From the NCBI GenBank assembly GCA_963826225.1, contig CAWGWF010000002.1, positions 4,987-68,986 of the forward strand: a stretch of DNA of 64,000 nt. Direction: 5' to 3'. Position 1 is the stretch's first letter. Every line of letters begins with the position of its first letter. This DNA is from an uncultured Chloroflexia bacterium (GTDB lineage: Bacteria > Chloroflexota > Limnocylindria > Limnocylindrales > CSP1-4). The translations under genes were made by a program, and so were the position numbers. A model generated the notes under the pieces. That model made no database searches. It saw only the letters and a program-made list of their open reading frames with translations, and was not told the DNA's origin. Positions 7,941-17,819 of this stretch are shown here, piece after piece.

Positions 7941-9131
7941 ATGCTGGCCGACGACGTCATCGACCTTGCGCGACGCCTCATCGCGATCGACTCCGTCAAC
8001 CCGACGCTGGTCCCGGGAGGTGCCGGCGAGCACGAGATCGCACGGTTCATCCAACGATGGGCCGCGGAGAACGGCCTGCCGAGCCGGGTCATCCCCTCGC
8101 CCGACGGCCGACCCAACCTGGTGATCGGCGACGCGTCGTCGGACGCGGGCGACGCCGGGACCGGCGCGTCCGGGGGCGCGACCCGCGACACCCCGATCCT
8201 GATGCTCTACGGGCACCTCGACACCGTCGGCCTCGGGTCCATGGAAGCCCCGCTCGAGCCGCGCACCGACGGGGATCGGCTGATCGGCCGGGGTGCGTAT
8301 GACCAGAAGGCCGGCCTCGCCGCCGCGCTCGTCGCCGCCCGCGATCTGGCCCGGGAGCGCCCCCGCCCTGGTGCCCGGGGCAACGTCATCGTCGTCGCGG
8401 TTGCCGACGAGGAGGCGGCGAGCACGGGGATCCAGGAGGTGCTCCGTCACGTTCGGGCCGACGGCGCGGTCATCACCGAGCCCACGGAGATGGCGGTCGG
8501 GATCGGTCACCGCGGGTTCGCCTGGATCGAGATCGAGGTCCGCGGGAAGGCCGCCCACGGCTCACGGCCGCACCTTGGGGTCGATGCCATCTTCAGGGCC
8601 GCCCCCGTCATCACCGCGCTGGAGCGCTACACGGAACGGCTTGCCCGGCGGCCCCATCCCCTGCTCGGCGCGGGATTGCTCCACGCCTCGCTCATCCAGG
8701 GCGGCAGCGAGATGGCCACGCTGCCGGATCGCTGCCTGCTCTCGGTCGAACGGCGCACGCTGCCCGGCGAAACGCCCGACCGCGTGCTCGCCGAGATCGA
8801 GGCCATCCTCGACCAATGCCGTGCGGCTGATCCTGCGCTCGTCGCTTCCGCCCGGGTGACGCTCGCCCGCGACCCGTTCGAGATCGAGGCCGACGATCCG
8901 TTCGTCGCCCTCGTCCGGGGCGCGACCGCCCGCGCGACCGGCGCACTGCCTGAGATCGCCGGCCTCAGCTTCTGGGCAGATTCGGCCTACACCGGAGCCG
9001 CGGGCATCCCCACCGTGCTGCTGGGGCCACCCGGCGAAGGCGCGCACGCCGATGACGAGTGGGTGAGCGAGAGCGGCACCGTGGCCTGTGCGCGAGCCCT
9101 CGTGGAGATCGGCCGGGATTTCTGCGCCTGA
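7941..9131 (+). CDS. M20 family metallopeptidase (ArgE/DapE/acetylornithine deacetylase-like)
   Basis: LMLYGHLDTVG, VAVADEEAAS and the dimerisation-domain pattern. Start taken at the ATG at 7941 (MLADDVIDLARRLIAIDSVNP) inside ORF 7692..9131. Confidence 0.85.
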   Translation: MLADDVIDLARRLIAIDSVNPTLVPGGAGEHEIARFIQRWAAENGLPSRVIPSPDGRPNLVIGDASSDAGDAGTGASGGATRDTPILMLYGHLDTVGLGSMEAPLEPRTDGDRLIGRGAYDQKAGLAAALVAARDLARERPRPGARGNVIVVAVADEEAASTGIQEVLRHVRADGAVITEPTEMAVGIGHRGFAWIEIEVRGKAAHGSRPHLGVDAIFRAAPVITALERYTERLARRPHPLLGAGLLHASLIQGGSEMATLPDRCLLSVERRTLPGETPDRVLAEIEAILDQCRAADPALVASARVTLARDPFEIEADDPFVALVRGATARATGALPEIAGLSFWADSAYTGAAGIPTVLLGPPGEGAHADDEWVSESGTVACARALVEIGRDFCA

Positions 9132-9281
9132 GGCGGGGTCTTTCGTGACCGATGCCTTTGGCCACTGGTGATCCACCCCCTCAGACTTGGAACTCGCGCG
9201 GCGGGCGACGACGCGCCGCCCAAGGTTCGACCGCCGGAACCGCGCTGAGCCACCGGCGCCATCGCATGCAGCGGGCGAGGC

Positions 9282-11470
9282 GTGGATCCTTCGTACCACC
9301 CACGGGTATTCCGGGAGTCGATCAGGAATGATCGGTCGCGGGTGCAGGCCTACGTTGTGGCCGCGGCAGCCGTGCTCGTGGTCGGTGTCGGGCTGCTGGC
9401 CAACCTCATGAGCGACGGCAGCAGCGAGGCCCTGCTGCCGCTCCAGCCCTCCGGCACTCCGGTCGCGGCGGCGACCGCGACCGCGACGCCGCGTGCCACC
9501 CGCGGCCCGACTCCGGCGCCGACACCGGCGCCGACCCCAATGCCCACCCTTGCGCCAACGGTCGCGGCGATCACCACGGCCGAGCTCGCCCCGACCGGGG
9601 TGACCGTAGCGGACATCGGGGACCCCGCCCTCCACGGCCTCGTGGCCGACGTGAACGGCACGGTCTGGACGACCCGCGCAGGCGCAGTTCTCAACGTGGA
9701 TCCTCGGACGGGTCGAACCCGCGAGTGGACCCTCGCCGACGACCCGGCGTTCGAGGCGGGCGACATCGTTGCCTCGCGGCAGGGCGGCGTGTGGCTGGTG
9801 GGCCCTGAGCGGATCCGCCTCTTCGACGGGGAGCGGTTCCGCAAGGTCATCACAACGCCCGCGCCCCTGTGGCTCGTCGCCGAGGGGTCCGACGGCAGCC
9901 TCTGGGCACAGGTCGAGCAGTACGGGCTGATCCGCTGGGCTGACGGCGCCTGGGCCAGTGGCCCCCCGGGCCGCCCTGGCACCGGCGCGGGCAGCATCGT
10001 TGTCGATGCCGGAGGCCGGGTGTGGACGGTCGACATCGACGAGCGGGAGGACGGTGAATCGGGTCTCGCGAGGCATCTCCGTGTGGGACGGGTCAGGCTG
10101 GTCCACGTTCACCCGTGATGGCCTGCCGGGTCCCGTCTTCGTGGACGGCATCCCGGAGCTCATCGCGGCAGGCGACGGATCCGTGTGGGCTGCCAGCGGC
10201 AGGAGCCTGGTGCGCTTCCAGGCGGGCGAAGTCCACGACGTATCACCCCTCGAGGGCAGCGTCTCGTTGCGCGCCGTCGGCGATGACGGCCGGCGCTGGT
10301 TCGTCCGGGAGGACTGCGATTCGTGTGGCGTTCAGATCGTGGTGGACGACGGGTCCACGGTGGCCACCTACGACGCCGAGGACGGCCTGCCCGGGCCTGG
10401 GGACACCGGTTGGGAGCCAGCGACCGTCCTGCCCCGGGATGGCGACGTGCTCGCAGCGACGGGCGCCGGCATGTACCGGCTGACGGATGGGTCGTGGAGA
10501 CGGCTGGATCTGTCGCCACGCTCCGGGTCTGACACCCCGGGCTCGCGCTGGCCCGACGGCCGACGATCACTCGCGGCGCTATCCCGGACCGAAGCCTGGG
10601 TGGCAGTCCAGCGGTTCGGGACATGGGATGACGCCCCCCAGAGCGGCGGGCTCTTCCGCTTTGACAGCGCTGCCTGGCATGAGCAGCGGCTGCCGGTCGA
10701 GTCGACCCTCGGACGGGCGGTCGTGGCCCCGGATGGTGCGCTCTGGGTGGCTACCGACGCCGGCCCGCTGGTCCGCCGGAATGGCGCCTGGATCGATCTT
10801 GGCGACACGATCGCGGCGGCGGTGCCCGACCCAGGCGAAGCAGACGCTCGCTGCGGAGGTGCCGTGTTCATCGCCGGCAACGGGGTCGCCTACTACGCCG
10901 GAGCGCGTTCGGGGGGTCGGCTGGTTGCCCTCCGCCTGGTCGGGAGCGCCTGGGGAGCGAGCCTCATTCCGGCGCCTGCGCCCGGCCTGTGCTCCGAGGC
11001 GCTGGCGGCGACCGCCGACGGCACGATCTGGCTCCTCGAGGGTGGGGTGGGGCAACACCCTGTCCCGTGCGACAGGTGAGCGTTGGGAAACGGTCGACCT
11101 GGCGCCCAGCGGGGCGGCGGGCGGGCAGATCAATCCGATGGCGATCGCCGTCGATCGGGACGGCACGCTGTGGGTCGCGGGCAGCACGTTCGATCTGGCC
11201 ACCGATTCCGGGCACGCCGTCGTGATGCAGCTGGTCGACGGGCATTGGGTGCTCCGCGGCGACGGTGGAGGCATGGGGAGCATCCATGCGCTCACGGCGC
11301 TCCCCGATGGCTCGGTGATCGCCGTCGGGGATGGGATCGCCACGTTCGACGGACAGCGATGGCACCGGTCGTGGAACGGCGTCTGGCTCGACGCCGTGTC
11401 GGTTGCACGCGACGGCGCCGTGTGGGTCTCCGGCGAGAACGTGTATCTGCTCCCGCCTTCGCTCCCGTAG
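9282..11470 (+). pseudogene. membrane-anchored beta-propeller protein (two-component-regulator-propeller / Reg_prop-like repeats), interrupted by two +1-nt frameshifts
   Basis: ORFs 9282..10118, 9958..11079 and 10487..11470 read continuously as one protein if the frame changes near 10055-10075 (...DGESGLA|RGISVWDGSGWSTF...) and near 11040-11050 (...TIWLLEGG|WGNTLSRATGERWETVDL...). The N-terminus has a TM helix and a Pro/Thr linker. Repeats have the form DG.lW.a...Gl.r. Confidence 0.7.
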
Positions 11471-11479
11471 CCGGCGTCG

Positions 11480-11896
11480 TCATCCCTCCGGGAACGCGAG
11501 CAGCGAGCCGGCGACCAGCAGGCCGATCGACGCGACCGCACCCACGAGGCCGATTGCCATCGGGATCCCGTAGGCGGCGCGAGAACGGTCGGCGAGGACC
11601 CAGCCGAGGCTGTTCATCGACGTGTAGGCGAGGGCACCGAGCCCGATCGGCACGAGCCAGCTCCACGCGCCCGGGGCAGCCGCGGTCACGAGCCCGATCC
11701 CTCCGGCCACCAGGAGCAGCGCCGTCGCGTACTCGGCGATCCAGTGCGGGACGAGCAGCGAGCCCGTCGACCGGTCACGGGCCCGCAACATGCCGCGGGT
11801 GCGGTCGACCTGTGGGCTGCGGACGATGTCAACCGTCCAGATCCCCGCGATCCCGGCCCCCATGACGAGCATGAACAACCCGACCGGCAAGCTCAT
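11480..11896 (-). CDS. small integral membrane protein (4 predicted TM helices), hypothetical
   Basis: Only the last 138 codons of ORF 11480..12544 look protein-like (MSLPVGLFMLVMGAGIAGIWTV...). The rest is P/R-rich out-of-frame read-through. Confidence 0.55.
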   Translation of the reverse strand: MSLPVGLFMLVMGAGIAGIWTVDIVRSPQVDRTRGMLRARDRSTGSLLVPHWIAEYATALLLVAGGIGLVTAAAPGAWSWLVPIGLGALAYTSMNSLGWVLADRSRAAYGIPMAIGLVGAVASIGLLVAGSLLAFPEG

Positions 11897-12305
11897 TGCC
11901 CTGGCACCTGTGCTCCCACGTGAGACGACACGAGCGACAGCCGGATCCTCGTGGGGCCAGCCGGTGCGCTCGCGGGCCCTTCGGCGATCGCCGCAAGGGC
12001 ATCGGTTGTCAGTCGCGTGTTGCTCATCGGTACCTCCGGCGACAGTATGTGGCGGACTCTTGTCGCGCCGGGGGCCGGGAGCGTGGGGCGGGCCTCCGTG
12101 GCGCGGAGGGATCGCATGACCGCTTCGCGGCGCATCTTCGGGGAGAGGTGTATCGGCCGGTCTGCCGCAGCCGACCCTGAGGTGGGCGGCCCGGTGCGCG
12201 GCCGCCGGGACTTCGGCTCGAGGCCGTCGAGCCCCGGTCCCGGCAGCGGCGCGGGCGCCGGTGGAGGTGGCCGCGGCTGGTGCGGCACTCCGCCGCCGCG
12301 GCGTA

Positions 12306-14384
12306 TCAGGACCGCTGCACCAGGCTGAACAGCTCGGCGGATGCCAGCGATTCGCCACCGTTCGTGGATCCACCCACGACGAGGACGCGGCCATCCGCAA
12401 GCACGACGGCCGTATGCGAGGATCGAGCGGCTCGCATGTCCAGCGTCTCCGTCCATGCACCGGTGGCCGGATCGTAGATCTCGGCACTCGAGAGGATGTC
12501 GGTCGGGTCGCCGCCAGCGCGCTTGCCGCCCGCCACGAGCACACGCCCGTCGGGGAGCAGCGAGGCCACCTGCCCGAGGCGTGCGGCGAGCATGCTGCCC
12601 GTGAGCGCCCAGGTCAGCGTGCACGGGTCGTAGCGGGCAGCGTGCGCCGACCCGACGGCCCCGGGGCCGCTCGGGACGTCGCCTCCCGCGATCAGCACCG
12701 CCCCACCCGGCAGAAGGACCTCCGAGTACCCGAGGAACGGCTCCGGAAGCCGCGCGCCGTCCGCCCAGAGCCCTGAGGCCGGATCGTAGACCTCCGTCGA
12801 CGCCAGGCGCGGACCGGCGTACCCACCGGCGACGAGCACGGTCCCGTCGGTCAGGAGCACCGCCGCATGGCCATGGCGACCCTGCGCCATGCTGCCCGTG
12901 GCGGCCCAAGTCCGGGTTTGCGGGTCGTACAGCTGGGCGGAGGCGAGTTTCGGTCCGAAGGGTTCGGTGGACCCCCAGCCGCCGGCGACCAGGACGCGAC
13001 CATCGGGCAGGAGCGTCGTCGCCCCGCCGCTCACCGCTTCGAGCATGCGCCCGGCCCCGCTCCACGTGCCGGTCTTCGGGTCGTACAGCTCGGCCGAACC
13101 CAGCTCGATGTCCTCTCCGGGGCCGCCCGCGTAGCTGATGCCGCCGGCCACCAGCACCGAGCCATCGGCGAGGAGCGTTGCGGAGTGCCCGGCTCGGGCC
13201 GTGGCCATGCTTCCCGTCGTGGTCCACGATCCGATCGATGGGTCGTACAGCTCCGCGCTTGCCAGAGCCTCGCGGGCGTTCATTCCGCCGACGACGAGCA
13301 CCCTGCCGTCCCGCAGCAGGGTCGCACTGTGGCCATCGCGGCCCTCGGCCATGCTCCCGGTCGGCGCCCAGCCCGCCACCATGTCGGGAGCGGTCGCCGG
13401 CGAAGCCACGCTCGCCTGTGCGCATGGGCCCGACGCAGCCGCGCTCGCGCCGTCGAACTCGATCGAGTCGACGATCTGCTGGATCTCCTGCTCAAGGCGG
13501 GCCCGCCCGGAATCGGTTATCGCAACTCCGGGTACGAGGTCACGGTGCGTCTCGCCGGCGATGAACAGGAGCCGTGGGCCGACCTGAACAAGCCAGACGC
13601 TGATCCTGTCGCCCGGCACGGTGTTCACCCACATATCCCCGCCCGTCTGCGCCTTCCAGTTGTAGAAGAACCCCGGATCGCACCCCGCTTCCTCGCGAAC
13701 GACGACAACGACATGCTTCGCCGGGTATCCGCCCACGGTGACGTCCTCGGGAGCGGCAACGAGCGCCGTCCCGGGGGCCGAGGCGATGTACTCCGCGGCA
13801 TCAGTGGCGGTCCATCGTTCGATCGGCGCATCGATGCACGGGTCCGCCTCGGTGCCGTCCGGGAAACCGGCCCAGTACACGACGGCTTCCGCGCCCTGGG
13901 GCCCGCTGATGCTCTTGCTGACGAGCAGGCTCCCGAACATTCCCCAGCCGTGGCCAAGCTTCGGGGGCGGCAGGCGCAAGGAGAAGGACACCCCGTCGAC
14001 GGTCAGCGAGTGAGCGAGATCGGGCGAGTCGGCGCTCGTTGCCGCCGGTGACGCAGAGCCGGTCGCCTCCGTCGGCGAGGGTGATGATGAAGGCAGCAAG
14101 GGCAGCCCGCCGACGATGCCGAACGATGGCACCAGGCTGATGCCCGCAACCGCGACGACCGCCGCCGCCGCAATGGCCGTCACGAGCCAGCGCGCCCTGA
14201 CCCGGCGGGCCGGCAGCCGGGTCAGCCACCACGCGACGCGCGTCGTGCCCGGCACGCGTTGGCGGCGCCGACTCCGCTCGACGGCAGCGTGTGCGATGAC
14301 CGTGGCATTGACCGGGCGAAGGCCGCCTCGCGCGTAGTCCCGAAGGGCGCCTGCCAGGCGCGGATCCAGGCCGTCGTCAGTCAT
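12306..14384 (-). CDS. membrane protein with C-terminal Kelch-repeat beta-propeller, putative anti-sigma factor
   Basis: The start MTDDGLDPRLAGAL overlaps the sigma stop by 8 nt. There is one TM helix, a Ser/Pro linker and a central domain, followed by about 7 repeats of the type H.a.lL.DGrVLVaGG...l.SAElYDP.tg.W. The N-terminal 133 aa of ORF 12306..14783 are rejected. Confidence 0.85.
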   Translation of the reverse strand: MTDDGLDPRLAGALRDYARGGLRPVNATVIAHAAVERSRRRQRVPGTTRVAWWLTRLPARRVRARWLVTAIAAAAVVAVAGISLVPSFGIVGGLPLLPSSSPSPTEATGSASPAATSADSPDLAHSLTVDGVSFSLRLPPPKLGHGWGMFGSLLVSKSISGPQGAEAVVYWAGFPDGTEADPCIDAPIERWTATDAAEYIASAPGTALVAAPEDVTVGGYPAKHVVVVVREEAGCDPGFFYNWKAQTGGDMWVNTVPGDRISVWLVQVGPRLLFIAGETHRDLVPGVAITDSGRARLEQEIQQIVDSIEFDGASAAASGPCAQASVASPATAPDMVAGWAPTGSMAEGRDGHSATLLRDGRVLVVGGMNAREALASAELYDPSIGSWTTTGSMATARAGHSATLLADGSVLVAGGISYAGGPGEDIELGSAELYDPKTGTWSGAGRMLEAVSGGATTLLPDGRVLVAGGWGSTEPFGPKLASAQLYDPQTRTWAATGSMAQGRHGHAAVLLTDGTVLVAGGYAGPRLASTEVYDPASGLWADGARLPEPFLGYSEVLLPGGAVLIAGGDVPSGPGAVGSAHAARYDPCTLTWALTGSMLAARLGQVASLLPDGRVLVAGGKRAGGDPTDILSSAEIYDPATGAWTETLDMRAARSSHTAVVLADGRVLVVGGSTNGGESLASAELFSLVQRS

Positions 14385-14922
14385 CGCCAAGCTCCGTTCG
14401 CAGGCGGGCAGCTGCTCGCGCCAGGCGCGAGCGAACCCCCGAAGGGGACATCCCCATGGCACGGCCGATCTCCGTCGCATCGAACCCCGCGACGTGGCGC
14501 AACGCGAGGACCGATCGATCCTCCGGCGAGAGGCGTCGCAGCGCCGCCGACAGGTCGAACCGGGTGGCGCGCCCGGACGGGTCGTGCTCGTCGGAACCGA
14601 CGTCTGCCACCTCGATCTGCACGACGCCGTGGCGTCGCTGGCGACGCATGGCCTGGCGCGCCTCGTTCGCGGCGATCGTGACCAACCACGGCTGCAGGCG
14701 TTCCGGCTCCCTGAGCGAGGTGAGCTTGCGCCATGCGATGGCCCATGCGGCTTGGACAGCGTCCTGGGCCATGTCCCTGTCACCGGAGATCACGAAGCAC
14801 ACGCGCGCCATGTCGTCGTGGTGCTCGGCCACGATGCGCGCGAAGGCCCCGACATCGCCCGCCGCGGCCTCCGACACGACGAGGACTGCCATCGGTACGG
14901 GGGTCGCCAGCTCGCGCTCCAT
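14377..14922 (-). CDS. ECF-type RNA polymerase sigma-70 factor
   Basis: Region 2 (FARIVAEHHDDMARVCFVISGDRDMAQDAVQAAWAIAWRKL) and region 4 (EDRSVLALRHVAGFDATEIGRAMGMSPSGVRSRLARA). Confidence 0.85.
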   Translation of the reverse strand: MERELATPVPMAVLVVSEAAAGDVGAFARIVAEHHDDMARVCFVISGDRDMAQDAVQAAWAIAWRKLTSLREPERLQPWLVTIAANEARQAMRRQRRHGVVQIEVADVGSDEHDPSGRATRFDLSAALRRLSPEDRSVLALRHVAGFDATEIGRAMGMSPSGVRSRLARAAARLRTELGDD

Positions 14923-15430
14923 GCCCTACAGATGCTCCCGATCGTCCAAGTGTCTCAGGTGCCGACCACGTCCTCCTCGGGACGATCATCGAGCACGTCA
15001 CTTGCCGGCCCTGTCGGCGGCGCTTCGCGCGGACGAGCTCGACCGGCCTGGCCTCGAGGGGCGTCCGCGGTCGGCCACGATGGGGAGAGCCCAGTCACCA
15101 CCTGCTGCGTAGGTGACCGGACGATCCATGCTGATGATCGCCGGACGATCGGGATCGATCCGCGCTCGCCGCTCGATCCACGAGCCGACGCGACCTCTGC
15201 CGTTGCCTGGACGCTCACTGCGACAGGATGCCAGACGACTGGAAAGGCTCGATGGACCGCCAGGGTCACCCGCTCCCGTTGTCGTTCCTGCGCGCCCGAC
15301 CCCTTGCGGGCGGGCGCCCTCGCGGGCATGAGACAGTCGGTCTGCGGATCGGTCGTCAGGACTAGGATGGACCGGAAGCGTCCGGATCCATTGAGCATTC
15401 ATCTGCGACGCCCGATGAGGTCACCGTCCC

Positions 15431-16447
15431 ATGGCCAGCACCCGGTTCGAATCCTCCGTCATCTCGATCTCCTGGATCCCGTCTGAGGCGATCGCAGGCC
15501 TGTCGAAGGTCCCGTTCGAGCTGGGGGTCACCCACTACGACCAGGTCCCACCGGACCAGATCGAGGATCTGGAGGAGCTGCGCCGCACGGATCGGTTCCG
15601 TGAGGCGAACGAGCTCCGGGCGTTCATCGAGGTCGAGGATGGGCGGATCGTCGGGTACGGTCACCTGGGACAGGGGCACATCGGCGCGACGACGGTGCGC
15701 GTCGGCCCGAGTGCCATCCGCTTCCCGGCGGTGCACCTGCCGGACATCCGTCCCGAGCCCGACGTGACCCCGACATCGGTCCGGTTCGTCCAGACGGTCG
15801 GCGGACGGATGGGTCTGCCGACACCACGCCCCGTCCGACACAAGCCGTTCGTGCAATTCTGGCCATCGATCGCGTGGACGACGCTGGCCCTCACCATCGA
15901 CGTCGACGGCGCATCGACGCATGAGCTGGTCGGCGCCAGCCCGTTCCCGCGTCACTGGATCTACGACCAGGGCGGGCGGCTCGTGCAGAAGTCGGGCGTG
16001 GTCGACTTCACGACGTGGTTCAACGACTCGTTCGGCGATCGCACGCCATGGGGTACCTCGGACTCTCCTGCCGTCGTCGCCGCCGTCGAGTCCGCCCTCG
16101 AGCGACGACTCTCCGGGGACATCATGCGAGGGGGCGCCAAGCCCAGGATCCGCACGATCGCCCAAGGAGAAGCGCTCGTGGAACAGGGTGCTCAGGGAAC
16201 GGACGTCTACCTGATCCTGGATGGGATCTTCGTGGTCGAGGTGGACGGCGATCAGGTCGCCGAGATCGGCCCCGGAGCCGTCGTGGGCGAGCGCGCCGGG
16301 CTGGAAGGTGGCATCCGCACCGCCACGCTGCGAGCCACGACACGAGCGAGAGTGGCCGAGGTCCCGCCTGAAGGGCTCAGTACGGATGACCTGGACACGC
16401 TCTCGGCAGCGCACCGACGCGAGGGGGATGTCGCCCCGAACGGCTGA
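15431..16447 (+). CDS. cyclic-nucleotide-binding domain protein with uncharacterised ~230-aa N-terminal domain
   Basis: C-terminal cNMP fold (GEALVEQGAQGTDVYLILDGIFVVEVDG..VAEIGPGAVVGERAGLEGGIRTATLRATT). The N-terminal domain matches no family I recognise. Confidence 0.8.
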   Translation: MASTRFESSVISISWIPSEAIAGLSKVPFELGVTHYDQVPPDQIEDLEELRRTDRFREANELRAFIEVEDGRIVGYGHLGQGHIGATTVRVGPSAIRFPAVHLPDIRPEPDVTPTSVRFVQTVGGRMGLPTPRPVRHKPFVQFWPSIAWTTLALTIDVDGASTHELVGASPFPRHWIYDQGGRLVQKSGVVDFTTWFNDSFGDRTPWGTSDSPAVVAAVESALERRLSGDIMRGGAKPRIRTIAQGEALVEQGAQGTDVYLILDGIFVVEVDGDQVAEIGPGAVVGERAGLEGGIRTATLRATTRARVAEVPPEGLSTDDLDTLSAAHRREGDVAPNG

Positions 16448-16853
16448 CCTGCGCGGACCGCCCGTCGCCCGTGAGGGTCGGCTGGATGGACAGCCGACGC
16501 GTACTGCTCGTGCGCTGCAGTCGCCCTCCGAGCGGCTGCGTCCGACGCAGCGTCGCCGGCTGGCTCAGGGCAGCGCGGCGGATGACCGTGGCCCGGAACG
16601 GGCCCGCCAGCAGCTCGAGCACCGGGCCATAGGCACCGGCGGCCATGGCCTTGGCGAGATGCGCCGTCCGTGCCTCGGGCGACTCCCAGTCGGCGATGTC
16701 GATGAGCAGGTCGGGGTCGTCGAGCGACTCGTAGTACGTGCTCCCGTGGTAGCCGCCCGGTCGATCGCGGGCGGCGAGCTGCTCGATGAGCGCTCGCAAC
16801 TCGTCTCGCCGGCCTGCCTTGGCCTTCAGCTCGACGATGACCTTGACTGCCAT
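16377..16853 (-). CDS. antibiotic-biosynthesis-monooxygenase (ABM) / dimeric alpha-beta-barrel domain protein
   Basis: MAVKVIVELKAKAGRRDELRALIEQL...LLIDIADWESPEARTAHL is ABM-like over about 95 aa. The remaining ~60 codons are low-complexity and overlap the convergent gene by 70 nt, so the 3' end is suspect. Confidence 0.55.
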   Translation of the reverse strand: MAVKVIVELKAKAGRRDELRALIEQLAARDRPGGYHGSTYYESLDDPDLLIDIADWESPEARTAHLAKAMAAGAYGPVLELLAGPFRATVIRRAALSQPATLRRTQPLGGRLQRTSSTRRLSIQPTLTGDGRSAQVSRSGRHPPRVGALPRACPGHPY

Positions 16854-16981
16854 GGCACTTCTCCCGTCGGGATCCCGGTCCGGCCGAGCCTCGGCGATGC
16901 CGGGCGGCGATCGTAGCGAAACGGCGGCGCCGCAGGCTGGCCTTGCGCGCCCGACAGCCAGGGGCGCACCAGCCGCCTCCC

Positions 16982-17524
16982 TCAGGCGCCGGCCTCGACG
17001 TCGCCGCCAGCGCTCCTGGTCCGCCCGCGGCGAGGGTCCGACGCGCGCTCGAGGCTGCGGGCATGGACCCGGATGTGGTCGCGCACCACCTCCAGGTGCT
17101 CGCTGGGGGTGTACTGGCGCGAGCCGGCCCGGTATGGGATCAGGCCGAGCGTCGGCGACAGGATCGCGGCGCGGATCGTGGCGTGAGCGACTCGGAGGCG
17201 CTCGACGATCGTGTCCAACGGCACGGTTCTCGCCTCTGCCACGCTTCGCTCGTTGAGGTCCGAGAGGCGGCCTCGAAGGGGGGTCGGCCGGCGTCCATGG
17301 ACCAGGTCGCCCACGTTGCGGGCGAAGCTCTCGTGCCAGAACGTGACGTGGCCGACGACGTCGCGAACCGCCCACGAGCCATCGACCAGCACGTCGTCGG
17401 AGGCGCTCGCCGCCGCGGCCAGGAGCCGCTCGACGGCCGAGTCGAGCTCGATGAGCAGGTCGGCGCGCACGGTCAGCTCCGAACGATCCGCGACCTCGGG
17501 GCCGGAGCCGTCCTCGTGCGCCAT
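16982..17524 (-). CDS. DinB-like / mycothiol-dependent-enzyme-type four-helix-bundle protein
   Basis: WAVRDVVGHVTFWHESFARNVGDL...YTPSEHLEVVRDHIRVH (His-rich DinB-type pattern). A near-identical paralog lies at 45564..46105. Confidence 0.75.
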   Translation of the reverse strand: MAHEDGSGPEVADRSELTVRADLLIELDSAVERLLAAAASASDDVLVDGSWAVRDVVGHVTFWHESFARNVGDLVHGRRPTPLRGRLSDLNERSVAEARTVPLDTIVERLRVAHATIRAAILSPTLGLIPYRAGSRQYTPSEHLEVVRDHIRVHARSLERASDPRRGRTRSAGGDVEAGA

Positions 17525-17540
17525 GGGGGGATCTTCGCCG
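16982..17540. repeat. gene-sized dispersed repeat (partner 45564..46122)
   Basis: The nucleotide sequence is alignable end to end from ctcaggcgccggcctcgacgtcgc to catggggggatcttcgccgatc, with scattered substitutions and a 1-nt indel. Confidence 0.85.
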
Positions 17541-17819
17541 ATCCTGACGCAGCACGGCAGTCGCGGGAGCGGGCTCGGCGTGGCGCGGAGACCGAGGACC
17601 CGATGGCTGGCCCCGGATCGTCGTAACGGGTCGCCGTCCGTGCTTCCTCATGGTGCTCGCCCACGTCGGGGCGAGTGCCGGCCGCGGTTCGGGCATCGCC
17701 TGGCAGCACGTCACCGTCAAGTCAGCGCGCCACCGTCAAGATTGAGCAGATCGGTTGGGTGCCGCCGTCAATACGGGCAACACGTGACCGTTGAGGCCGC
17801 GTTGGTGGCTGGAGGGGAC

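Noticed and set aside
9480-9560. Short tandem-looking Pro/Thr/Ala codon repeats (also 31650..31790 and 37480..37620)
   Set aside because: They encode low-complexity PT/PA linkers between a TM anchor and an ectodomain. They are not a DNA-level repeat element or a CRISPR array.
8562-10163. 533-aa minus-strand ORF
   Set aside because: It is antisense to the M20 peptidase and the propeller gene, is Arg/Gly/Pro-rich, and has no motifs.
14385-14783. N-terminal 133 codons of ORF 12306..14783
   Set aside because: They are an out-of-frame read-through across the ECF sigma gene. The real start is MTDDGLD at 14384, overlapping the sigma stop.
16854-17720. Upstream part of the 447-aa ORF 16377..17720
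   Set aside because: It is a P/R/G-rich alternative frame over the DinB-like gene. Only the ABM-like C-terminal 158 codons are credible.
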